NCBI GenBank assembly: GCA_030167865.1
Contig: JALAGF010002086.1
Coordinates: 1-64,000, forward strand
Origin: Craspedostauros australis
Lineage: Eukaryota
DNA: 64,000 bases
Direction: 5' to 3'
The position numbers and the translations under genes are program-made. The notes beneath the pieces are model-generated. The model saw only the letters and a list, made by a program, of their open reading frames with translations, did not search any database and had not been told where the DNA came from. Shown piece by piece: positions 42,457 through 54,297 of this stretch. Every line of letters starts with the position of its first letter. The first letter of the stretch is position 1.

Positions 42457-44397
42457 ATGCTCCGCAGTTCCAGATCTCACATTGCCAGATTGGCGCGATG
42501 TGTCGCACCGAAGCAGCAGCCGCAGCTGCGATGCAACAGCATGGCGGCTCTCGCTCAGCGTCCTTCCGCCATCGCTGGATCTAACGTCGCCATCCCATCC
42601 AACGCTGCGGCTGCCACCAGCAGCTGGAGCGCCCAAGGCTCTTCGCAACAGACCCGAACGCACCAGTACTCGACAACGTCCGCAGCGTTGAAAGATGACT
42701 ATCCAGAACACATCGTCTTTCCGATGCCCGCCTTGAGCCCCACCATGGAAATGGGAACCATCGCAGGATGGACGCTCAAAGAGGGCGATGCCTTTGCGGC
42801 CGGCGACGTCCTGTGCAGCGTGGAGACGGACAAGGCGACCGTCGATTTCGAGGCTCAGGATGATGGCATTCTGGCCAAGATTCTGAAGAGCGGCGACGAG
42901 GCTGTGGACTTGAAGGTCGGGACGCCCATCTGCGTTGTGGTGGAAGAAGAGGAGGATGTGGCGGCCTTTGCGGATTACAAGGCGGAGGAATTGCCGGCTG
43001 ATGCTGCCGAGGACGCTCCGCCCGCAAGTGAGGGTGCACCGGCCACCGCGCCGGCTGTCAGCAGCACGCCCAGCAGTCCGTACCCAATGATGCCATCGGC
43101 TCGATTCCTTGCCGAGTCCAAGTACGTTCCTTGACTTTGCGTCCGTCTGCGTCTTGTGCAGTGCCCTGTGTGGCAGGGAAGATTGCTTCGCTTCGGATTC
43201 TTGCAAGAGTCCTTCACTTTGAGCCGAGTCTAGTCGAGTTGAGATCGAGTACCACTCCTCTGCTCGTGCAACTGCGTGGCTTTTGCAGCGACTTTTGCAA
43301 TGGCTTTCCTCATTGCCTGCCAAAGGAAGACGCTCACCTCACACATCTCTTCATTGCTAATTTCGCTCCAAAATGCGATCTCCTTCCATTCTACTCTGCT
43401 CTACTCCACAATATTCGACGTAAACATGATTTATTGCTGGTTCAGGGGACTGGATGCCACTGGACTGGCAGGCTCCGGCAAGGGTGGCCGTGTCACCAAG
43501 GGCGACGTGCTTTCGGCACTCAGCTCGGGTGTTGCTCTGCCATCGTTGGCAGCAACAGCAGTTGCAACTCCTGCCACAGCTGCTGCCACGCCGGCTGCTG
43601 CTGTGGCGACGCCACCACCTGCCGCGGCACCAGCACCAATCAAGCTTGCAGATCTCGCCAATCTCCCAGTTGATACCCACGGAGGCTTCGAGGAGGTCAA
43701 GAACAACAGCATGCGCAAGATCATCGCCAAGCGTCTCACCGAGAGCAAGAGCCAGGTGCCGCATTTCTATACCAGCGTGGAAGTCGAGCTGGACAATGTG
43801 CTCAAGCTGCGCAAGCATCTGGCGGGCAACCACGACGTCAAGGTGTCCGTCAATGATCTGGTCATCCGCTGCTGCGCGCTCGCGTTGAGAGACGTCCCAG
43901 AAGTCAACGGAACCTACGATGGCAAGTCGGACACCGTCAAGCTGCAGGATTCTGTCGATGTGAGCGTTGCGGTCGCCACGCCAACAGGACTCATCACGCC
44001 GATCGTCCCTGCCACCGACACCCTCGGCCTTGGAGAGATTAACGCCGCTGTCAAGGACCTTGCAACAAGAGCACGCGACGGCAAGCTCCAGCCAGAGGAA
44101 TACCAAGGCGGCACGTTCTGCGTCAGCAATCTGGGCATGTTCGGAATCAACGAATTCTCCGCCGTCATCAACCCACCACAGGCGGCGATTTTGGCCGTCG
44201 GAACTGGAGCGCGCCGCATCGTCCCCACACCGTACGAGCCGGGCACGCCAATCGAGGAACAGCCAAAGCCGCAGATCAAGACTATCATGACAGCCAGACT
44301 CAGCGCGGATCGACGGGTTGTGGACGAGGCCACCGCATCGCTGTTCCTCTCCGCATTCCAACAGTACATCAGCGAACCGGATCTGTTACTGCTGTAA
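42457..44397 (+). CDS. Mitochondrial pyruvate dehydrogenase E2-family protein; lacks the catalytic His, so probably E3-binding protein (PDHX-like); 2 exons
   Basis: Arg/Ser-rich presequence, lipoyl domain MPALSPTM..VETDKA, PSBD across intron 43122-43445 (PSARFLAESK|GLDA..GSGKGGRVTKGDV), and core MRKIIAKRLTESK, GGTFCVSNLGM, LSADRRVVDE. Confidence 0.9.
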
Positions 44398-44682
44398 GTT
44401 GCTCCACTCAGTTGCTGCGGTCGATGTCAGCGAAGTCATCGGCAGCATGGACGTACATCTCCACATGAACGATCGGATAGTTGCGTAGGCAGGTAGATGG
44501 TTGTCGCGCTACTGGCTGCTCTATACCATTGCTTTTCATGGACTCCCAGCAGGCACGATCACTAAAGTTCAAATGTACTCTTAACGCTGAGATTATGTTT
44601 CTATTGTTTTGTATGTGGTGTGGTGATGTGTGGTATTCCAACATTTTCCAATGCAGTCTACATGCATGAAAAGTACGGGTAA

Positions 44683-47145
44683 TCATGGAAGACTCTCCAG
44701 TCTGCCGATGACGTCGTCGACCGATTCGTACTCCACGACCATCTGCTCGACCTGTGCCGGAGTCAAACGCCGAGATGAAGCCATGTTTGCTTGCCTAGTT
44801 CCACCATCATCGCTGCCTGCGCCATCTTCGCCCACCAAGCAGCGAATGCGGCATCTCTGCGCACCATCCAATGTCGTTTGGAAGTAATGCTCCAGCATCT
44901 CCGCGACTTCCTGACTCGCCATGTATCCCATGCGAATATTCTTGTCGATGCGACCGGGACGGATCAGGGCATCATCCAGCATCTCTGGATGGTTCGTCGT
45001 CATGATCAGCAACCGAGATGGCGTATCCACCACACCGTCCAGCACATTCAAGATGCCTGCCAAGGACAGGGCATCCGTCTTGTCGTTGCTAAGGCCGCCT
45101 GCGAAAGCCGTTGGCGATGCGGGTGGACCACTTTGGGCATGGACTGGTTTCGTTTTGTCGACGGAAGGCAGTCCCTTGGGCGAAGAGTCGTTCTTCGCCG
45201 GAGCCGACATCGCCACTGCGTTGTCTTCACCATCTGGAGGCGAGCTGGATGCGGGATGGTTTTTTTCTTCATCCTCTTTTGGAACGGCCAACAGACGGTC
45301 CACGAAGGCATCATTGATGGGTACACCCAAATCCAAAAGGTTGCAGATGGATCGTGCTTGCTCCGAGATGTAGCTGTGCAAAGTCTGGCGATGCTCCATG
45401 TAGGCACCCAAATCGTTGATTGATGTAGATGTCTTGTGCCTGCTGGTCTTTGAGCTGCTCTGAGACCCGCCTTGCATGCCTGGCGCAGACATCGCATGAT
45501 CTACGAGATCTGCCAAAATGGTGCACCCTTTCGCTTCCTTGAGCAATCTCTCCGATCGTTGAACCAGAAGTTTGACGACGGCCTTCGAATCCTCATCCGT
45601 GCTCTCCAGAAAATGGCGCCACAAAGACTTTTTGCTATCCTTGTCCCAAGTGTAGTCGGTGAGTCCGTGTTGGTTATCATCATCCCTGTTGATCGTGCTG
45701 CCATCATCGTAGCCATCATCATCGTAGCCATCGCCACTGTTGCAAGAGTCATTCTCGTCATGACTGGAGTGCCTGTTAACGGAGTCGGCATCATACGACG
45801 CATCCATTGTGGCGCACGTGGTGTTTTGCGAGACGTCGGAAAACGATTGGTCACGTCGCTGCACGATGGTGGAGACGGCATCCACATCCTCCATGACAAA
45901 GATGACATCCTTGAAATCTTGATTTACCGCAACATCGCTGCCTTCGATGCGATACTTCTTATCAAAGAAGATCGACATGAGTTCTGCATTGGTCCTGACC
46001 TTGCTGAGTGGAACGTTGACGATGGATCGTTTGGTGTATTGTGCGATTGCCTTGATGAGGCTCGTTTTGCCCGTGCCTGGCGGCCCATGCAACAGGAAAC
46101 CGAGTTTGTGCGGAAATCCGTGAATGGCGTACTTGCCCGTGCGGTTGGTGAAGCTGTCGATCAAGCTGATGATGGATTTCTTCTGTGGGAAGAAGAGGCT
46201 GTCGAAGGTCTTCTGGTCGCTCAGCTTGAACCGCCGGTACGTAGTCCCTTCCTGGTTGGAGTCGTGAGGGCGTTCGTCAAAATCATCATTGTTGCGGGCT
46301 TTGCTGGCGAGGACGAGGAGGGGTGGTTTGGAGGCCTTGAGGTCGTAGTAGTACCTGGCATGATCCTCCATCTTTTGGAGTTCCGCAACGTACCATTGGT
46401 GGGCCGTGTCGATGAAGGCATCGATGGCATCGGGCTGGCTGGACTTGAAGTGGAATGTGACCTTCGATGTCCACGACGCAGCGCCGCCACCGTCGCCGCG
46501 ACGCGATCCTTCGCTCTCCTTGCTCTTGACTCGCAACCGAACCTGGCCACAACGTGGTCCGAACGCTCCGAGGGTCTGCCATTTGTTCTTGGGCAACCCG
46601 GTGATGACCTGGAATCGGCCCAGGGTGCCGCTGGGGGGAGTTGCGTCGCTCTCCTTGGCATTGCCATTTGGATTGTCGTTGGTGTCATCTTGATCAAACT
46701 CTGAAGGGCCGAAATCGTTGCAGGGGCCATCGCGGCTATTGAAGATACTCGAAGACTTGTCCTCCACGCTGGTGAAGTCGAGCGGAGCCGAAACCGGCGT
46801 CAATCGAAGGACTTGGTTGATGTACAGGCGGATGGCCTTGATGAGGATCGAGTTCTGCGAGTCTTTCTCGAGGTTGAGATGATCACCCCAATTGGTGAGT
46901 CCGGTCTTGTGCACGATGAACCGTTCGTATTGGCGTGGACCGATCCAATGGATCCATTCCATCGCATCGACAGCGGACTGCATGTCGAAGCAGGTGAGCC
47001 ATTGAAAAATACGCCTGATGATGATGGGCATGCACACAGCGACGAGGATGTCCATCTGAGCATTGCCCGTCTTCAAGGCGTTGATGATGCCCATCAGTTC
47101 GAATCCCCCGATGCCAGAGCCATCATCCATGCCGAAATCGAACAT
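44683..47145 (-). CDS. BCS1-like AAA+ ATPase with a large internal insertion
   Basis: TFDSLFF, Walker A LLHGPPGTGKTS, Walker B IFVMEDVD and LSLAGILNVLDGVVDTPSRLLIMTTNHPEMLDDALIRPGRID. First ATG at 47145; the frame is open to 47217 and the start is uncertain. Confidence 0.88.
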   Translation of the reverse strand: MFDFGMDDGSGIGGFELMGIINALKTGNAQMDILVAVCMPIIIRRIFQWLTCFDMQSAVDAMEWIHWIGPRQYERFIVHKTGLTNWGDHLNLEKDSQNSILIKAIRLYINQVLRLTPVSAPLDFTSVEDKSSSIFNSRDGPCNDFGPSEFDQDDTNDNPNGNAKESDATPPSGTLGRFQVITGLPKNKWQTLGAFGPRCGQVRLRVKSKESEGSRRGDGGGAASWTSKVTFHFKSSQPDAIDAFIDTAHQWYVAELQKMEDHARYYYDLKASKPPLLVLASKARNNDDFDERPHDSNQEGTTYRRFKLSDQKTFDSLFFPQKKSIISLIDSFTNRTGKYAIHGFPHKLGFLLHGPPGTGKTSLIKAIAQYTKRSIVNVPLSKVRTNAELMSIFFDKKYRIEGSDVAVNQDFKDVIFVMEDVDAVSTIVQRRDQSFSDVSQNTTCATMDASYDADSVNRHSSHDENDSCNSGDGYDDDGYDDGSTINRDDDNQHGLTDYTWDKDSKKSLWRHFLESTDEDSKAVVKLLVQRSERLLKEAKGCTILADLVDHAMSAPGMQGGSQSSSKTSRHKTSTSINDLGAYMEHRQTLHSYISEQARSICNLLDLGVPINDAFVDRLLAVPKEDEEKNHPASSSPPDGEDNAVAMSAPAKNDSSPKGLPSVDKTKPVHAQSGPPASPTAFAGGLSNDKTDALSLAGILNVLDGVVDTPSRLLIMTTNHPEMLDDALIRPGRIDKNIRMGYMASQEVAEMLEHYFQTTLDGAQRCRIRCLVGEDGAGSDDGGTRQANMASSRRLTPAQVEQMVVEYESVDDVIGRLESLP

Positions 47146-48444
47146 GGCTGAAATGAGTTGAGGAGGGAGTTGAAAATGGTCTGCTGGCGTGTCAAAGCTT
47201 GGTGGATGGTCCTCCACTGCGGTTGCTTTGTTGATCGTTTCGATGTTGGAAATATGGGAAGATGGTGAAGGCGAGTCTGTGAAGTGGCGGGAAGTGTTGG
47301 TGAAGTGGTGACCGCGCTGCAGTGTGTGCTACATCGTCAATCTTCGTGCCACATCGTTGCCTCTCTTCCGATACCCAAACATCATGCAGGCACCACTTCC
47401 GCAGCCAGCTCCAAACGTGGGCTTCAACAGGAATTCATCATGTTGTAAGAGCACGTCTCATTCCTCCCTTCCGCTGGTCTTGGCCGATGGTCTTGAGATG
47501 CGAAAGTCAGACCTCTTGTGGTTTGGACGAGCACCGTACTGGTACGGTACTGGTCACCAACACAACCATCGCTGTTGTCATCGTCATTGTATAATATAGA
47601 ACAATACTTTGGGACAGCCTCACCCGTACAACTATACCAGTTGCGTTGGCCTCTTGTGGTCTGTTGGTGCTGAACGACGACTTCCAATCATCCATCACGA
47701 TCCGCAACAACGAGAAAGCGCGCCTCTCGTTTTCTGTCGTCTTTTGCAGACGTGTGTTGGCATCAGCTCTTGCGTGATTCGGAAGCCGAAATCGACTGAT
47801 ATGACCACATTCCGTCTGTTTGGCAAGACTGAAACCTTGTCAAAACACGAATCAGACAGAAGAAGGACACAACACGAAAGAGATGGTCGCACACTTTGCG
47901 CGGACCGTTGTCGTTTCCGCGTGGTCAGGCGAAGAATCTGCACACACGATTGTCGTTGTCGCCATCGCGGTCGTGTTTGGTTCTGCTGGAGTTGGCGAAG
48001 GCAACTCGAACACACCACAACGACACCACCCTCGCTCTCTCGCCCTGTCTGCACCCTCACTGTCACTGTCACTCTCACCATCCATCAAAAGATAACACTT
48101 GGGACAGGAGAGTTTGGTTTGGTACTCCAGCGTATTATTTTACATTCCATACTGGTGAGCATGAGATCGCGATGGTTCCTCACCATGAATGCGCATTGAT
48201 GTTGTTGGTGGCATTGCTTGAGCACGGCCATGATACTCACTCGTTGATCTGTTCGCCTGGTCCTCTCCCACCTCTTTGTTCGGTCGCTCGGACGACTCAA
48301 TCCCCAATTCTCGCGTCATCTCCTCGACAACAACCATGATGTTGATCGCACACCATCGCAGTCCGCATATTTCTCAAAGTAAATTCAACAACAGCAGCAG
48401 CAACAGCCTGAACTCCAACGAAACACAATACCAACACTGATAAG

Positions 48445-49536
48445 ATGCCGCTCAAGATCCCAGCTGGGTTGAAGAAGATCACCCCGTTCGTGCGCCGAGC
48501 GGAGGAGCTGGACAAGGACAAGGCGAGTCCAGAGTCGCGGATCGTGGCGTTCTACTGCCGCCAGTATGCAGTGCGCACGGGCATTCCGTTGGCAAACGGC
48601 CTCGAAGGCAAGCAGTGCCTCGGTGAGATAATGGGCGACCTCGAGAAGGAAAAGGCGGCCATGAGCTCCTTCACGCCCGAGGAGGCCAAGTTGCTGTGTC
48701 GGAAATTCGCCGACAAGGTCTTCGAAAAGGCGGATGCGGAGGATCGGGCAGGCCAGTCGACGAAGAACACGGCGAAGACATTCTACGCTGCGGCGAGCTT
48801 CCTGGAGATGCTGCAGCAATTTCACAGCGAGGGTGAGGACGCCGAGGAGAAGGAGGAGGAAAAGAAGCGCATAAAGTATGCCAAATGGAAGGCGACGGAC
48901 ACCATCAAGGCGCTGAACGAGGGACGGCAGCCAACTTCCGGAGGATACGGCGAGTCGGCCATGGAGGATGACGAGGATGAAGGCGAGGCAACACCAGCGG
49001 AGGCAGCCGACGAAAAGCCTGAATCTGCTGAGTCCGCTCCATCCCAGTCAACGGGTTCCCATATCGTCGTGGAAACTGTCAAGGAGGACAGCATTCTTGA
49101 CGAAGAGGAGGAATATGAGCAGCTGAGCATACCGCCACCAGAAGAGCCGGAGGAACCCGAGGAAAGTGGCACCGAGGTCGAGCTCTGTCCACCGCCAGCC
49201 TACACAGCCCCCGCACCAGCACGGAGCGCATCCAATTCCGCCAAACCACCGCTCACATTCAGCCCCATCGAGCCACTCCCACCACCACCAATGCCGAAGC
49301 GAAAGCCAAAGCCAAGCGGTCCTTCCGCAAAGCCCAAAATGCCGAAGGAAGCCGCCAAGCCAAAGAAATCTGGCGGCGTCCAGGGATTCGGCAAGAAGAA
49401 GAAGGGCAAGGTCTCCAAGGCCGAGATCGCGGACGCCACGGAACTCACACGATTCGCTCTGGCCGCTTTGGAAGACAAGGATACCGATCTTGCAGCAGAA
49501 CGATTGCAGCAGGCCCTGCAGAGCTTGGGACGGTAG
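48445..49536 (+). CDS. VTA1: Vacuolar protein sorting-associated protein VTA1/LIP5
   Basis: N-terminal MIT region (PFVRRAEEL..VAFYCRQYA..ADAEDRAG..AKTFYAA..KYAKWKA), Pro-rich linker and C-terminal VSL (ATELTRFALAALEDKD..AAERLQQAL). Confidence 0.92.
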   Translation: MPLKIPAGLKKITPFVRRAEELDKDKASPESRIVAFYCRQYAVRTGIPLANGLEGKQCLGEIMGDLEKEKAAMSSFTPEEAKLLCRKFADKVFEKADAEDRAGQSTKNTAKTFYAAASFLEMLQQFHSEGEDAEEKEEEKKRIKYAKWKATDTIKALNEGRQPTSGGYGESAMEDDEDEGEATPAEAADEKPESAESAPSQSTGSHIVVETVKEDSILDEEEEYEQLSIPPPEEPEEPEESGTEVELCPPPAYTAPAPARSASNSAKPPLTFSPIEPLPPPPMPKRKPKPSGPSAKPKMPKEAAKPKKSGGVQGFGKKKKGKVSKAEIADATELTRFALAALEDKDTDLAAERLQQALQSLGR

Positions 49537-50227
49537 AGCGTTGGACTATCCGTGCGCCATTTTCGTTGTGTGTAATGGCAATACACCATTCATACGAATA
49601 CTACCTCGTATTTTCCATTGTGCTGCGGCAAGATCGCATTCCCAACATTCATTCGGTCTCTGTGTGAGAGCGAGAATTTCCTACTCCAAAAATAGCATTC
49701 GAACTTATTATACCTCATCTCTTTCGTCAACTTGGCACTCTTCGTTCATGTTGCATCGTGTGGTTTGGTGCTACTTTGCCGCGAGTCTTCGTGTAGCGAG
49801 TCTACCTCGGCAGGCAGAGTCCAACCTGAGAACTGAGAGCCAATCTGTATGGTGTCCCAATTCCATAGTACTTCATGTGAATAGCTAAATGGTACTGCGA
49901 GGAAACAAACAAGTCGATACTACAAACCAGTCGAAGTGATCATCCATAAATTGAAGCCATATCTTGGGTGTGTGGCGAAATCTGTCGTTGTGTTTTTGCG
50001 GCTTTCTTCACGACGTGACGTTCCGCTCGATGCCGATGTCGCGGACGACCAAGAGAAAGGAACACGGCGAGCGCAGCTTCTCTCTGTTTGTGAGGATCGC
50101 AGCGCAGCTCTCACGTCACGGACATCAGCAACAGCAGCAACAGCAGCAACAACAACAACCACACCAAACGGTTCACGTCCACACATCACCGCCCGCACCA
50201 ACACCACCAACCAAGCAAATCGACACC

Positions 50228-51288
50228 ATGGCCAAGCTTTCCGCCGCAGTCTTCGCCGCCTTGTGCGCAACCACAGCTGCCTTCGCTCCAAGCAGCCCAT
50301 CGGCCGCATCCACCACGGCGCTCTCCGCCACTGGATTCGAAGAGGTCGGAGGCAAGCCATTCGATCCGCTCAGCCTGGCCAAGCTCGGAACCGGAGAGAG
50401 CTTCGACACCTTCCCAAACATGTTCCCAGATGAGCAGTTCCTGAAGGAGGCCGAGATCAAGCACGGAAGACAGGCCATGCTTGCCTGGACCGGTGTTTGG
50501 GCCACCCACGAGGTGCGACATCATTCAGCGTTGCGTCTTGCTGTGCGGTAGAGCGGTAGTGTGGTAGAGTGCTGTACTCTGCCAGTATGCATGCACAGAG
50601 CACATTCAAGTGTGCGTGCGTGTGTGCGTGTGTTTGCGTATCTTTGTCATTGACTGTCTCGACTCTATCCTGCTTGCGTTTGGCAGTTCATCCATGCGAC
50701 AACGAGCAGATCTAGGAGGATCAACTCTTGAAGCGGCGAGATGAAGCGGTTTGGGGTGGTGCGGTACAACTACAGCAGCAGGGATCAACAGCCAACCACA
50801 ATGGGAGGTCACGCGTCGTGCACTGTTTGACTCGTTCTGCATCCATCAATACTCACCACCGATCGTTTCACCCAACGTTCCACCATGCTCAATCGCCAAC
50901 ACGCTCCTGGCATTCTCAGGGAGGCATGGGACTCGGGATGCACATCCCAGGACTTCCAGTCGAGTCCGACTGGACCAAGGCCCTCGCCGCCTTCGCCACG
51001 GACCAGCCAGCCATGTTCGGTACCATCCTCCTCTTCATGGCCATCATCGAGGGCGAGAGCGTCGGACACTCCGGCGACAACTTCCGTGGCAAGTCCACAA
51101 AGACACCAGGTGACCTCAACTTCGACTACCTCGGTCTTAAGAAGAAGCTCACTCCAGAGCAGTACGAGCGCTACACAATTGTTGAGACCAAGAATGGACG
51201 TGCCGCCATGATCGCCATGGCCTCCCTCTTCGCCTTCGAATCCATCCCAGGATCCGTCCCACTCATGGACATCTTCGGTGCCCAGTAA
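50228..51288 (+). CDS. Light-harvesting complex (fucoxanthin-chlorophyll a/c binding) protein, 2 exons
   Basis: TAA-FAP bipartite presequence, FDPL, EAEIKHGRQAMLA, FDYLG and ETKNGRAAMIA. Intron 50513-50919. Confidence 0.95.
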
Positions 51289-52112
51289 ATCCGCCCTGTC
51301 CTTTCGGTTGCGACCTGATGTTCTCGTACGTACTAATAGAGTATGCTAGACAGACAGACAGACAGAACGAGTCGGATTCCTCATCGGTCAATTGCTTTTC
51401 GTCGGCAGCGCGGTACACGACCACAATACGATGAACTGCGCTGGACTCCAATGTGGAACGAGATTCGCTACCCGTGCAAGCATGATTTGTGTGAGCGGCG
51501 AATGGATGAACACAACAACAGGAAGCATGAAGCCCATGAAAAGGATGATGACAACGCAACGCAACCAAAACAAACCAGCATCGTGTGCCTTGTTCGTGAT
51601 CGAACTGCCTTCACTCGGCAGTGACGATGACGACGCAACGGCACAATCTGCAAATAGACGGTCACACCAACTGCGCCAATGTCTTGCCTTTCAGATGACG
51701 CAGCAAGCAGAAGTGGTGGAACCCGAGGTTTACGTAACGAGACGGAGCATTCCAGCAGTATCGCGCTCCTAGGTAGATAACTGAGTGCATGTAACATTCC
51801 ATTTCCATCTTGTTGCCTAAAACAAGCAAAACAAAACCACATGTTTTCCATTCTTCATTGGTTTACCAAGAATATGTATGTATTTGCAAGCTACTCGTGT
51901 TGCAGTTGGTGCTACCACCACCTTGTCTTTCTCTGAATTGAGACAATAGTGTTTCTGTTGCTTGGGATTGTGGATGATGGCACTGTGTGTCTCGGAAGAT
52001 GAGAATGTAGAGGAATGCTCTCGAGCTTGTGGTTACACTGACGTTTCTACGGTACTCGTACGGGTAATCCACTCTCCGGAGAGCAGTACAGACTTCGTCC
52101 CCTTCCAATCCA

Positions 52113-53099
52113 TCATAGACGAGGCGTGTAGAACGAATGCAATGCCCGCCAGCAGCACATCAGTATCAGCCCCATGGTGATTTCGAGCGGGAACAATTCC
52201 TCCGCAGGAGCGCTGCCAACCGCCCGATGCTGCACGACGGCCGTGATGAGGGCAAAGATCAATCGCAGGTTGATGGCGTTGACGAAGGTGTTCATGGCAA
52301 GTACGGCGGCCGCCTTGGGTCCGGCCCGGTCATCGTCGGAGGTGTAGTGGCCGTCGACCGCGGTGTACAAAAACGATCCATGGTAGAGACCGGCCACGAT
52401 CCAGAAGATGGAAAGCAAGCACCCTTCGCTGAAGGCTGAGCCGAGGTAGGAGATGGACATGCGGTGCGTGACCCAGAACGAGATGGAGGTCGTCAAGTTG
52501 ACCAGAAGGAAGATGTCATAGAAGAGGACATCGAAGTCCTGCACGTTCAGAGGTGGGAGCTTCTTGAAGTCTCCCTTGATGAGATGGACGAACGGGATTC
52601 CATCGAGGATCGTCTTCGTCCAAGAGTCTTTGGATTCTGCAGACGATTCATCCCCCGGATTGCCGTCATTATTGAGATCATGGTTCGGTGATGACGATTC
52701 CAACGCAGTTTGCTGTTGTCGTGGCTGTGAACTGGATTGTGAGGGCATGTGCACAGAGGCGCGAAGATGATGCTCGTCCGCGGTATCTGAAACGCCCGAC
52801 TTCGATCGAGATTGCGCATCCGACTTCCGTCCATCAGTGAACGCGTTCTCACGGCGCTGATCCTCGGTGCTGTCGCCACTCCTCCTGATGCCATCCAGCG
52901 GTTGGGATGAGAGCCCCAGTGATGTGAGCAATGTCAGTGATGGCGACTCGTGGTGTTGCAATGCACGAGAACGGCACGTTGGTTGTTGTCGAGAATGTGG
53001 ATGAAATTGGAAGCAACGGACTCCTGGAATCACCCCATCAAACGATGCCAACGTGGCAATCAATCCGAGGAATGCGAGTGGCTGCTGACGTCTCTTCAT
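52113..53099 (-). CDS. Putative plastid multi-pass membrane protein of unknown function
   Basis: Signal peptide ending in VRC-FQF, a transit-like region and about four hydrophobic helices in the C-terminal 140 aa. Confidence 0.7.
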   Translation of the reverse strand: MKRRQQPLAFLGLIATLASFDGVIPGVRCFQFHPHSRQQPTCRSRALQHHESPSLTLLTSLGLSSQPLDGIRRSGDSTEDQRRENAFTDGRKSDAQSRSKSGVSDTADEHHLRASVHMPSQSSSQPRQQQTALESSSPNHDLNNDGNPGDESSAESKDSWTKTILDGIPFVHLIKGDFKKLPPLNVQDFDVLFYDIFLLVNLTTSISFWVTHRMSISYLGSAFSEGCLLSIFWIVAGLYHGSFLYTAVDGHYTSDDDRAGPKAAAVLAMNTFVNAINLRLIFALITAVVQHRAVGSAPAEELFPLEITMGLILMCCWRALHSFYTPRL

Positions 53100-54297
53100 A
53101 CTGTTGGTATCCGTATTTGTGTCGACGGTGGCAAGCGATACGATGGTTGGTTGGTTGGATGGTTGGTCGGTCGGACAAGACGACTGTGCTCGTGCTTCAA
53201 TGCCCGTGTGGTATCAGTTGCCAGCTTGCGTTCTGCCTCTCTCAAGAACAATGAACAACCCTGAGTAATGCACTGATGAGAGCGTGGATACTCGTGTGAA
53301 TACTCGTGTGGAATACTTCAAAGCACTTCGTCTTCTTCCTTGTCGCCTGGTTGCAATCAAAGCTGTATCCGAGGTATGGTCGGGATGTTCATGTGTGGGA
53401 GCGTTGGAATGGTGGAATGTCGGAATGGCCAGCGATCTGCACCCCAGAGCAATGGATGACACAGCATTTCATCGCCCTGAGGTGGATCCAACCCATCACC
53501 AGAATCGCGAAGAGCAAAGCGACACAGCACAAGTGCAGCGCACAAACACATCACAGGTCATCATCGTCACCACACAGTTCGCAAAAGACCATCGCGAGCG
53601 CTCGCGCACTGTTCTCGGTGGAAAGAAGTCCTCAGAATGTTCGTTTCGGGATCAAAACGTGACTCGACTATCAATCTACTCAGGATTCAGCTGCCACATC
53701 AGTCATTGTTGACGTCATTCGCTCCGCTGATTCACGCTTCAGTCACAAATTGGAAGAGAGTGTTCGTACGTACGTCCATCCGCTGATCGGAATCTGGGGA
53801 GACGATTCAAATGAATAACGGTAATAACGGAAGCGGGTAAGTTTTTGATTTGATCCTCGATTTTGGACCACTGAGAAAATGGCGGCAACGGTCGAAACCC
53901 AAACCACACAACCGCCAAAGTCAAGGCGAGAGTTCGCGAAGAGACAACGACCAAGACAATCCAACCAAACCAAGGAATGGCAGAGACAAGCACACATCCA
54001 GACAGACAACAAGAGAGGTGAGAGTGCACGCTCTTCACAATCACTTGCGCATTCGTAATTGCGCACCGAACAACAGAGTTGCACCACACCCCACCAGACC
54101 ATCAAGCTGACACACTCATCCAGCAGCCATCATACTTGCACAAATAGGTCGTACTCGTCGCTTGTCTCGATCAACCATTCATACCAAACGAGCACAAGCA
54201 AGACAACAAGCACCCGAAGCAGCACAAGACAGCAGCCGAAAGGAAGCGAACACGACCGAAAGAATTTTGCCAAAAGCAAGAAAGCAAGAAAGCGACA

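Noticed and set aside
43357-46704. Long antisense ORFs (43357-44361 minus; 45472-46704 plus)
   Set aside because: Mirror frames of the E2-like and BCS1-like genes with no independent motifs.
3510-47145. Apparent cluster of mitochondrial genes (NDUFA13, TOM70, PDHX-like, BCS1-like)
   Set aside because: Spread over 40 kb among unrelated genes; consistent with chance in a compact genome.
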